Assembly: GCA_039934355.1 (NCBI GenBank)
Contig: JBDTMI010000001.1
Coordinates: 931-64,930 of the forward strand
Direction: 5' to 3'
DNA: 64,000 nucleotides
From: Gemmatimonadales bacterium
GTDB lineage: Bacteria > Gemmatimonadota > Gemmatimonadetes > Gemmatimonadales > GWC2-71-9
Within the stretch, counting starts at the first letter, position 1; each line of letters starts with the position of its first letter. Under the pieces are notes generated by a model that had not been told where the DNA came from, did not search any database, and was given only the letters and a program-made list of their open reading frames with translations. The translations under genes were made by a program, and so were the position numbers. Positions 56,917-64,000 of this stretch are shown here, piece by piece.

Positions 56917-57277
56917 ACTTGATCGAGGTGGTGAGACGAGCCACAAACCTTGCCAGCATCCGCTTCACTTCCACGACCGCATCGCTCACCGCCGGGAGGT
57001 CCTGCTCCACGCCGTACCCGAGGTCGGTCGCCAGGAGGAGCAGGTATTCCAGTTCAGCGGCCGATCCCAGCGAGTAGCGGAAAAATCTGGCGGCTTCGCG
57101 GTCGCTTCCCCGAGCGCTACCTTCCACAATATTGGCCGCGACCGAGACGGCCGCTCGTTCCATCTGGGAAATGAGCCCGAAACGCTCTTTCGCCGGTAGC
57201 GAACGTGTTACTCGATAGACCTCCAGCGTAGTGCGGTGCGCCTTCTGCCAGACTTTCAGTCGCCGGTATCCTTGCAT
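56912..57277 (-). CDS. Four-helix-bundle protein (TIGR02436 / 23S rRNA intervening-sequence protein family)
   Basis: 121 aa: YRRLKVWQKAHRTTLEVYRVTRSLPAKERFGLISQMERAAVSVAANIVEGSARGS...FFRYSLGSAAELEYLLLLATDLGY matches the family pattern from memory. Confidence 0.85.
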   Translation of the reverse strand: MQGYRRLKVWQKAHRTTLEVYRVTRSLPAKERFGLISQMERAAVSVAANIVEGSARGSDREAARFFRYSLGSAAELEYLLLLATDLGYGVEQDLPAVSDAVVEVKRMLARFVARLTTSIKC

Positions 57278-57386
57278 GCCTGTCCGCTTGTGTGAGAGGC
57301 GCCGAATCTGTTGGAGTCTGACATGGCCAGGGTATCATTTGACCGCACTTCGAAGCATTCCTACGCGATTCGGGGGTAGGAGGGAT

Positions 57387-57437
57387 GCTGAATGCTGAAC
57401 GCTGAACGCTGAACGCTGAATGCTGAACGCTGACCGC
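57387..57437. repeat. Right arm: tandem heptamer array
   Basis: GCTGAAT GCTGAAC GCTGAAC GCTGAAC GCTGAAT GCTGAAC GCTGACC GC. That is seven 7-nt units, the reverse complement of the left-arm units. Confidence 0.85.
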
Positions 57438-57446
57438 CCACGGCCC

Positions 57447-58808
57447 ATGCCTCTCCTTACGCCTCGCATCCTCATCGCCGACGACCAGGCCGATGTGCTT
57501 CAGGCCCTGCGGCTGCTGCTCAAGGGCGAGCATTTCACTGTCGAGACGACCAGTTCGCCCGGCGGTGTGCTGGCGGCGCTGGAGCGAAGTGATTTCGATG
57601 TCCTGCTGATGGACCTCAATTACACCCGCGACACCACCTCCGGCATCGAGGGCTTCGACCTGCTGAGCCGGATCCAGCTCCTGGACGCGATGCTGCCCGT
57701 GGTGGTGATGACGGCCTATGGGAGTGTCGAGGGCGCGGTGGAAGCCATGCGACGTGGCGCGCGCGACTATCTCGAGAAGCCGTGGGACAACACCCGGCTG
57801 GTCGCGGTGCTGAACATCCAGGTGGAGCTGGGCCGCGCGCTGCGCCGCAGCCAGCGGCTGGAGAGCGAGAACCAGATGCTGCGCCACGATGGGCTGCCGC
57901 CGCTGGTAGCGGAGTCGGCCGCCATGCGGCAGATCGCCCGCCTGATGGAAAAGGTGGCCCCGTCGGATGCGAATGCGCTGATCACCGGGGAGCACGGGGT
58001 CGGCAAGGAAGTCGCCGCGAACTGGCTGCATGCCGCCTCGCTCCGTGCCGCCCGGCCGATGATCACCGTCAACGTCGGCGGCCTCCCCGAGGGCGTGTTC
58101 GAGAGCGAACTCTTCGGCCACCTGAAAGGCGCCTTCACCGACGCCAAGGCCGACCGGATGGGCCGCTTTGAACTGGCCGACGGAGGCACCCTCTTTCTCG
58201 ACGAAATCACCAACATCACGCTGGCGCAGCAGGCGCGGCTGCTGCGGGTGCTGCAGTCGGGACAGCTCGAACGGGTCGGCAGTTCCAAGACCCGCAAGGT
58301 CGATGTGCGGGTCGTGTCGGCGACGAATGCCGACGTGCGTGCCGAAGTGGCCGCCGGCCGGTTTCGCGAGGACCTGCTGTACCGGCTCAATACCGTCGAG
58401 ATCCGCATTCCCCCGTTGCGCGACCGGCGCGAGGACCTCGCACCACTCGCGGCCCAATTCCTTTACCGCCATGCGACGCGCTACCGCAAACCGATCAGCG
58501 GCTTCCGGCCCGACGCCATGGAAGCGCTGCTGCGCTACGGCTGGCCCGGCAACGTGCGCGAACTCGAGCACACGATCGAACGCGCGGTGCTGTTGGTCGA
58601 TGGCCCCGAGATTCGCCCGGCGGATCTTTCCCTCTCACCTCCAGGTGATGCGGCGGCGGGACTCGACCAGCTCACGCTGGAGGAGGTCGAGGGCGTGCTG
58701 GTCCAGAAGGCTCTGGCCCGCACTGGCGGCAATGTCTCCGAAGCCGCCAAGGCGCTCGGTCTCTCCCGCAGCGCCATGTATCGGAGGCTGGAGCGCCATG
58801 GCCTGTGA
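57447..58808 (+). CDS. Sigma-54-dependent response regulator (NtrC family bEBP)
   Basis: ATG at 57447 (MPLLTPRILIADDQADVL...DVLLMDLNY receiver). AAA+ domain with a Walker A-like GEHGVGKE, the GAFTDA variant of the GAFTGA loop, and GGTLFLDEI. C-terminal Fis-type HTH GNVSEAAKALGLSRSAMYRRL. The track start at 57420 lies inside the repeat arm. Confidence 0.9.
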   Translation: MPLLTPRILIADDQADVLQALRLLLKGEHFTVETTSSPGGVLAALERSDFDVLLMDLNYTRDTTSGIEGFDLLSRIQLLDAMLPVVVMTAYGSVEGAVEAMRRGARDYLEKPWDNTRLVAVLNIQVELGRALRRSQRLESENQMLRHDGLPPLVAESAAMRQIARLMEKVAPSDANALITGEHGVGKEVAANWLHAASLRAARPMITVNVGGLPEGVFESELFGHLKGAFTDAKADRMGRFELADGGTLFLDEITNITLAQQARLLRVLQSGQLERVGSSKTRKVDVRVVSATNADVRAEVAAGRFREDLLYRLNTVEIRIPPLRDRREDLAPLAAQFLYRHATRYRKPISGFRPDAMEALLRYGWPGNVRELEHTIERAVLLVDGPEIRPADLSLSPPGDAAAGLDQLTLEEVEGVLVQKALARTGGNVSEAAKALGLSRSAMYRRLERHGL

Positions 58809-58826
58809 GGCGGGCCGGCGCACGGA

Positions 58827-60152
58827 ATGATGTCGCACCCGCGGCGGGTGCTTGGGCTGGCGCTGATCACCGCGCTGCCGGGGACCGCGGTCGGGCTCTG
58901 GCTGCTGTGGCACGGCGAATTCACCTCCCGGGCCCAGTGGACCGTCACCGTCGTCATCCTGCTCGTCCTGCTGTTCGGGCTGAGCGCGCTGCACGAGCGC
59001 GTCATTCGCCCGCTGCAGACCCTCTCGAACGTGCTCGCCGCCCTCCGGGAGGGCGATTACAGCCTGCGGGCCCGGCGCGCCGATGCCACGGATGATCTCG
59101 GGCTGGTCTACCTCGAGGCCAACGTGCTGGCGGAAACGCTGCGTGGGCAGCGGCTTGGCGCCCTCGAGGCGGTGGCACTCCTCCGCACCGTCATGGCGGA
59201 ACTCGATGCGGCGATCTTCGCCTTCGACGCGGACGGTACGTTGCGGCTGGTGAACCGGGGCGGCGAACGCTTCGTGCACCACCCCGGCGACCGGTTGCTC
59301 GGACGCACCGCCGCCGAGCTGGGCCTCGCCGAATGTCTCGCCGGGGAGACGCCGAGGGTATTGGAGCGGGCCGGCGCCTCGGCGACCCGCTGGGAGCTGC
59401 GGCGCACCAGCTTCCGTCAGGATGGACGTCCCCACCAGCTGATTGTCCTGACCGACGTGAGCCGTACCCTGCAGGCCGAGGAACGGCAGGCGTGGCGCCG
59501 CCTGATCCGCGTCCTCTCGCACGAGATCAACAATTCCCTCGCACCGATTCGCTCCCTGGCGGGCACACTGCAGGGGATCCTCGAGCGCGCGCCACGGGGA
59601 GCGGACGCCGAACAGGATCTGCGTCAGGGGCTCGGGATCATCGAACAGCGGGCCGATGCCCTGGGACGATTTATGGCCGCGTACGCCCAGCTCGCCCGGC
59701 TTCCGCGGCCGCGGCTGGCCCTGGTGGTGGTCGATCAGTGGGTGCGGCGGGTCGTCACGCTGGATCAGCGCCTGCCACTCCGCGTCATTCCCGGTCCGGA
59801 TCTCAGCGTCACCGCCGATGGTGACCAGCTCGACCAGCTGCTCATCAACCTCGTTCGCAACGCGGCGGACGCCGTCGCCGGCACGGCGGGGCTGGTGCGG
59901 GTGGGGTGGGGCGAGGTGCGCGGTGGCGTCGAGTTGTGGGTCGAGGACGACGGACCCGGGCTCGCGGAGACGGCAAATCTGTTCGTTCCCTTTTATACCA
60001 CCAAGCCGGGTGGGTCGGGAATCGGGCTCGCGCTGTCGCGGCAGATCGCGGAAGCGCATGGCGGCGAACTGTGGCTGGAGAACCGGACGGACGCGACCGG
60101 GTGCCGGGCGCGGTTCTGGCTGCCGAGCGGGATTCGGGGGGCCGCCCCGTGA
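58827..60152 (+). CDS. Sensor histidine kinase (2 TM with about a 10-aa external loop, HAMP, PAS, HisKA, HATPase)
   Basis: TM1 VLGLALITALPGTAVGLWLLW, loop HGEFTSRAQW, TM2 TVTVVILLVLLFGLSAL. H-box LSHEINNSLAPI. G-boxes DDGPGL and GSGIGLAL. Confidence 0.9.
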   Translation: MMSHPRRVLGLALITALPGTAVGLWLLWHGEFTSRAQWTVTVVILLVLLFGLSALHERVIRPLQTLSNVLAALREGDYSLRARRADATDDLGLVYLEANVLAETLRGQRLGALEAVALLRTVMAELDAAIFAFDADGTLRLVNRGGERFVHHPGDRLLGRTAAELGLAECLAGETPRVLERAGASATRWELRRTSFRQDGRPHQLIVLTDVSRTLQAEERQAWRRLIRVLSHEINNSLAPIRSLAGTLQGILERAPRGADAEQDLRQGLGIIEQRADALGRFMAAYAQLARLPRPRLALVVVDQWVRRVVTLDQRLPLRVIPGPDLSVTADGDQLDQLLINLVRNAADAVAGTAGLVRVGWGEVRGGVELWVEDDGPGLAETANLFVPFYTTKPGGSGIGLALSRQIAEAHGGELWLENRTDATGCRARFWLPSGIRGAAP

Positions 60153-60256
60153 CCCGCGATCCAGCTCCTGCCGGCTATTCCGGCACACCACTCGTCAGGA
60201 AGCTCGGTATTCCCCTCGACACCCGTGTGGTCGTGCTCAACGCACCGTGGCCGTAG
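60149..60256 (+). pseudogene. Truncated DUF3052-like gene fragment
   Basis: GTG overlaps the kinase TGA as GTGA. (M)TRDPAPAGYSGTPLVRKLGIPLDTRVVVLNAPWP* matches the N-terminus of DUF3052 (GYSGTPLxxKLGI) but stops after 35 codons. The downstream sequence loses the frame. Confidence 0.4.
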
Positions 60257-60514
60257 GCGGCGTTCGAGACGCCCCTGCCTCCCCGCACGCGACGCTCCTG
60301 ACGCGCCGAACTCCCCTGATCACCGGACGCTCCGGGGCACGTACAATGCTGTGCACACTGTCCTATTCTCGGCCTCTGATCGCTGTTGCGGCCCGGTTTG
60401 ACACCGGTAGTAGCCGCCGGTACGTTCGAGAGGATTATTTCTCACCAAATTCAGGTCCCCTTGGCTGAATCTGCCGTATCGCGGAGAGGCGTCCGCTCCG
60501 TCCAGCTCGCCAGA

Positions 60515-63500
60515 GTGCTGCGCGCTTTCCGCGTAGTCGTTGCGGCGACGCTGCTTACGACGTGCGGCACCGACACTGCGATGGGCCCGGGTATCCCGGT
60601 CCAATCGGCCGTCGACCTCACCGGCCTGCTGCGTGCCGGGGGCCCGATTCCCATCCCGATCGATACCGTCCTCGTCGAGCTGCGGCGGGTCTCCGACTCC
60701 TCTGTGGCGTTCACCCAGCAGGTGGATGTTTCGCGCTTCCTGCAGCAGGGAAACGATCTCATCCTGAGCGTCGCCCTGGCGCTCCGTACCACCCCGGAAC
60801 AATTCTACCTTTTTGCCGAAGCACGCGGCGGGGGCGTGGTCTACTACACGGTGCGTTCGACCGTGACCGCCACGGCGGGGCAGTCGAGCCAGACACCCTC
60901 CCTCGTCCCAACCTATGTCGGACCGGGCAGCACCGCTGACAGCGTCGTACTGACCGTGGTCCCGAGCTCCGTCGCCGCGGGCGACAGCGCGCTCGCGACC
61001 GCGGTGGTGTACGACAACGATGCGCCGGTGGTGGGCGCACCGGTGGGCATCGTCCCGGCGGATACGGTCGCCGTTCGCACCCATGAGATCGGAGTGAACA
61101 CGGTCTGGCTGGTTGCGCCGGCCACCGGTACGGGCAGCACACCCGTCACCGCGACCACGCCGACTGGCCTGATCACCCTCGGGCAGTTCGATTGGGCGGC
61201 GGGTGCCGGCGTTTCGTTCGTCACGGTGTTGCCCGCGACCCTGAGCCTCGCCCCCACCCAGACGTCGCAGTACACGGCGACGGCGTACGATGCACTCAAC
61301 AACATCATCAGCGGCCTGCCCGTCACCTGGAACTCCAGCAATCTGGCTGCGGCGACCGTTTCGACCACTGGCCTCGTGACTGCGGTCGCCGTCGGCAGCA
61401 GCACAATCAGCGCGACCATTGGCGGCGTGCCCGGCACCAGCACGTTGACGGTGGCGACCGGCGCCTCGGGAGCGGCCACGGTCATCGCCGCGAGCGCCAC
61501 CAGTCAGAGCGTCACGGTGAACCAGCTGGTCGCGGCGGTGCCTTCGGTCACGGTGCGCGATTCCTCCGTGAAGCCACTCGCCGGCGTGACGGTAACTTTT
61601 GCGATCACCGCTGGCGCCGGGTCAATCACCGGCGGTACCGCGACGACCGACTCGGTCGGCGTCGCGACTCTCGGCAGTTGGCGCGCGGGGACGGTGTCCG
61701 GCGCCAACACGCTCACGGCAACGGTCAGCGGGCTCACGCCGGTGATCTTTACGGCGACCGGTCTTCCGACCGCCGTCACCACGGTGGCGCAGATCTCCGG
61801 CAATGCCCAGACCGACTCGGCTAACTTTGTTCTGCCGCTGCCATTGATTGCGGAAGTGCGCGACAGCTTCAACAATCCGGTCCCGGGAGTGCCGGCCACT
61901 TGGAGCGCCACCGATGGGAGCGTGGCGCCCGCCGTGGATACCAGCGACGCCGCCGGCCAGGTGCAGGGCACCTGGACGCTTGGCGCGACGCAGGCGAATC
62001 CCACGGTCACGGTCGTTGCCGCCGGAGCGCAAACCAGCTTCTCGGCCACGACGCTCTTTGGCCAGCCGACGATCCTGCTGTCCTTTGCCGGCATTCCCGG
62101 CGTGGGCGTGGGGCTCACGTCCCTGGTCTACCTCGACCTCAATCAGGCGGCACCGGCTGGCGGCCTCGTCGTTTCGCTGGTCAGCGGGAATACGTCGTTC
62201 TTCACCGTGCCCGCCACCCGGACGATCCCGCAGGGGCAGACGCACGACAGCGTCGCCGTCACCGGTCTCTCAGCGGGGACCGCAGCACTCACCGGCAGCG
62301 CGTCCGGCTACACCAACGGCATGCTGACGGTCGATGTGCAGAACCGCAATGTCTCGGTCCCGGGCACCGTGAATGTGCCCTACGGCCAGACCTCCTCCCT
62401 GCCGATCACGCTTCCCGCGCCGGCCCCGGTCGGTGGCGTGGCCTTCACCGTGACCAGCGCCGATCCGACCCGCGTCGGCATCCTGACCCCGACGGTCACG
62501 ATCGCGGCCGGTGCCTCGACCGGCAACGCGACCTTGAGCGGCGTACTCCCGGGCACGGCGGTGGTGACGGTGGCCAATCCGTCGTACGTCTCCGCGACCT
62601 CGAGTGCCACGACGACGGCCTCGCTCAACATCACCGTGCCATCGATCCTGATCAACGCGAGTTTCGCTTCGCCGATCACCATCAACTTCGAGAGCAACAA
62701 TACGCCCGCCGCTGCGCCGGCGCCCGGCATCACCGTGACCCTGGTGCCGGCCAACCCGGCCTGCGTGGCGCCACAGAGTCCTGTCACGATCGGCACCGGC
62801 CTGGTGACCGCGACGAGCCTGCTCTCGTACGGCGGGAGCGCGACGCTCCCCTGCACGACGCAGGTCCTGGCGACGGCCACGAACCTTCAGTCCGACAGCA
62901 TCACCGTGACGGTTAACCCGATGCCGCCGATCACGGTGAACACCAACTTCGATCAGGTGGGCCAGGGGCTGATGGAGGCGGGCAGCATCGGGCTCGGCGC
63001 AACGAATCATGGTGGCGTGACGGTGACGCTGACGAGCTCCGACCCGACCCGGTTCCTGGTGTCGACCTCGCCGAGCGTCGTAGGGGCGAGCAGCATCACG
63101 GTGCCAGTGCTGCCGCTGGTCGGCAGCTTCACGTACTACGCCCAGGCGCTCGAGGGCGTCACCGGCACGGCGGTCATCACGGCGACCGCACCGGGATTCG
63201 CGCCGGTGCCGGATACCCTCACGGTGGTGGTGCCGGGAATCGAACTGCAGGGTCTCCCGGCGACGACCACGAGCCTCTCGACCGACAACAGCCTGTATGC
63301 GCAGGTCGGACTGGTGAACGGGCAGCTTACCGCGCTCTCGCGAGTGCAGAATGTCCGGCCCGGCGGACCGGTGGTCGCGGTGACCTTCGGCCTCCAGAGC
63401 ACCGGCGTCGGCACCATCATCGACAGCCTGACGACGCCGACCGGCGCCCAGAGCGGCCAGGCCCGGCTCCGGCCTGGACTCTACTACACCCAAACCGGTG

Positions 63501-64000
63501 GACCGACGGCGGGTGGAATTCTCTTCCATCCGGTGGCCGCAGGCTTCGATTCGGTCGGAGTGTCGGCGCCCGGTTTCATTTCGATGGCCAACGCGACGCG
63601 CGGCATTCAGGTCACCCAGCCGACGATCACCCTGAGCGTCAACTCGCCGCAGATCGGCGTGGGGCTGCAGGAGGGCGCCCAGATGTTCCTCTCCGCCAGC
63701 CAGCACGGCGGAGCGACCGTCACGCTCACCTCGCTGGACCCGACGGTGGTCCTGCTTGACACGCTGGTGAATGGGCCAGGCCACACCACCATCGTGAAGA
63801 CGCTGCCCAACGGTCAGACCGGCCTCACCTACTACGCCCAGGTGGTGGAGTTCTCGCAGTTCCTTTCGGTGTCGATCGTGGCCACCGAACCGCGCTTCGC
63901 CCCCGACACCATCGTCGTCACCGCGGCCCAGCCTGGCGTGGAGCTGATCGGCTTGCCGACCACGACGACGACGCTCACGGGGAACAACAACCTCTACGCC
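60515..64000 (+). CDS. Giant Ig-like-repeat surface lipoprotein (Big_2 / Big_1-type domains), 3' end outside the window
   Basis: Hand translation shows no stop codon in this frame (codon starts at coordinates equal to 2 mod 3) from the TGA at 60377-60379 to 64000. GTG at 60515 gives (M)LRAFRVVVAATLLTTC, a lipoprotein signal. A Big_2-like segment reads LSLAPTQTSQYTATAYDALNNIISGLPVTWNSSN...GSSTISATIGG. Big_1-like segments follow (VTVRDSSVKPLAGVTVTF..., AEVRDSFNNPVPGVPATW...). The ORF is not in the track because it has no stop in the window. The start codon is uncertain (TTG 60461 is an alternative). Confidence 0.8.
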   Translation, partial: MLRAFRVVVAATLLTTCGTDTAMGPGIPVQSAVDLTGLLRAGGPIPIPIDTVLVELRRVSDSSVAFTQQVDVSRFLQQGNDLILSVALALRTTPEQFYLFAEARGGGVVYYTVRSTVTATAGQSSQTPSLVPTYVGPGSTADSVVLTVVPSSVAAGDSALATAVVYDNDAPVVGAPVGIVPADTVAVRTHEIGVNTVWLVAPATGTGSTPVTATTPTGLITLGQFDWAAGAGVSFVTVLPATLSLAPTQTSQYTATAYDALNNIISGLPVTWNSSNLAAATVSTTGLVTAVAVGSSTISATIGGVPGTSTLTVATGASGAATVIAASATSQSVTVNQLVAAVPSVTVRDSSVKPLAGVTVTFAITAGAGSITGGTATTDSVGVATLGSWRAGTVSGANTLTATVSGLTPVIFTATGLPTAVTTVAQISGNAQTDSANFVLPLPLIAEVRDSFNNPVPGVPATWSATDGSVAPAVDTSDAAGQVQGTWTLGATQANPTVTVVAAGAQTSFSATTLFGQPTILLSFAGIPGVGVGLTSLVYLDLNQAAPAGGLVVSLVSGNTSFFTVPATRTIPQGQTHDSVAVTGLSAGTAALTGSASGYTNGMLTVDVQNRNVSVPGTVNVPYGQTSSLPITLPAPAPVGGVAFTVTSADPTRVGILTPTVTIAAGASTGNATLSGVLPGTAVVTVANPSYVSATSSATTTASLNITVPSILINASFASPITINFESNNTPAAAPAPGITVTLVPANPACVAPQSPVTIGTGLVTATSLLSYGGSATLPCTTQVLATATNLQSDSITVTVNPMPPITVNTNFDQVGQGLMEAGSIGLGATNHGGVTVTLTSSDPTRFLVSTSPSVVGASSITVPVLPLVGSFTYYAQALEGVTGTAVITATAPGFAPVPDTLTVVVPGIELQGLPATTTSLSTDNSLYAQVGLVNGQLTALSRVQNVRPGGPVVAVTFGLQSTGVGTIIDSLTTPTGAQSGQARLRPGLYYTQTGGPTAGGILFHPVAAGFDSVGVSAPGFISMANATRGIQVTQPTITLSVNSPQIGVGLQEGAQMFLSASQHGGATVTLTSLDPTVVLLDTLVNGPGHTTIVKTLPNGQTGLTYYAQVVEFSQFLSVSIVATEPRFAPDTIVVTAAQPGVELIGLPTTTTTLTGNNNLYA

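Larger units (their letters stand above)
56887..57437 (-). mobile_element. IVS-like cassette: four-helix-bundle ORF bracketed by inverted heptamer-array arms
   Basis: The outer termini are identical in inverted orientation (GCGGTCAGC at 56887-56895; GCTGACCGC at 57429-57437). The arms continue as (G/A)TT(C/G)AGC heptamers. The cassette fills the gap between the ATPase stop (56884) and the regulator ATG (57447). Confidence 0.55.

Noticed and set aside
57387-57437. Possible CRISPR array or simple microsatellite
   Set aside because: The period is only 7 nt with no spacers, so this is not CRISPR. It is also not a plain microsatellite, because an inverted copy with an identical outer terminus lies on the other side of the four-helix-bundle ORF.
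57117-60191. Minus-strand ORFs 57117..58571 (484 aa) and 58635..60191 (518 aa)
   Set aside because: They are antisense shadows of the NtrC-type regulator and kinase genes, both of which have complete catalytic motifs on the plus strand.
60255-60290. tRNA-like T-arm (GGCG-TTCGAGA-CGCC) just after the DUF3052 fragment
   Set aside because: No complementary acceptor 5' strand lies at the expected distance upstream, and no D or anticodon arms could be built. It is probably a chance match.
62270-63784. 504-aa minus-strand ORF, together with 60913..61500, 61504..62118 and 62380..62880 on the minus strand
   Set aside because: All lie antisense to the open-ended Ig-repeat lipoprotein frame, which shows recognisable Big-domain motifs. 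The minus-strand products are Arg/Gly/Asp low-complexity sequence.

Overview
Dense, visibly high-G+C bacterial chromosomal window (G+C not computed; strong GC3 bias). By inference the gene content fits Gemmatimonadota or Acidobacteriota. All family calls come from motif recognition by eye; no HMM or BLAST search was run. I call about 55 coding genes, many joined by 4-nt ATGA or GTGA start/stop overlaps.

Layout, left to right:
- 0.2-6.7 kb: periplasmic alcohol-oxidation module. It holds a porin, a hypothetical protein, a type-1-copper cupredoxin, and a PQQ quinoprotein dehydrogenase carrying the lanthanide-type D-x-D signature. It also holds an OFA-family MFS transporter with an untracked 46-aa coupled ORF, and a second divergent cupredoxin.
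- 6.7-16 kb: minus-strand envelope cluster of split DUF4331 pair, TPR, DUF6702-like, ECF sigma, anti-sigma, DUF1684 and TlpA-like genes, facing a TonB-dependent receptor.
- 16-24 kb: FAD oxidoreductase, then an operon of hybrid histidine kinase, GT1, GT2, DUF3108, deoxyhypusine-synthase-like protein and SnoaL-like lipoprotein.
- 24-29 kb: peptide and amide metabolism genes (PuuD-like amidotransferase, DUF1028, POT transporter).
- 29-34.3 kb: DUF1499, SodC, GT39 and CydAB.
- 34.5-39 kb: a small sigma-54-driven gene, plus an operon of lipoprotein, beta-propeller and TonB-dependent receptor.
- 39.2-60.2 kb: the most unusual block. It has a MacA-like adaptor, an ABC ATPase, six tandem ADOP-type duplicated FtsX permeases, a second non-identical ATPase, and an NtrC-type sigma-54 activator with a near-loopless kinase. 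An IVS-like four-helix-bundle cassette bracketed by inverted heptamer arrays is inserted into it.
- 60.5 kb to the window end: an open-ended gene of more than 1160 codons for an Ig-like-repeat lipoprotein. It is absent from the ORF track.

No rRNA, tRNA, CRISPR array, transposase or integrase was recognised. Most long ORFs on the opposite strand of these genes are high-GC antisense shadows.
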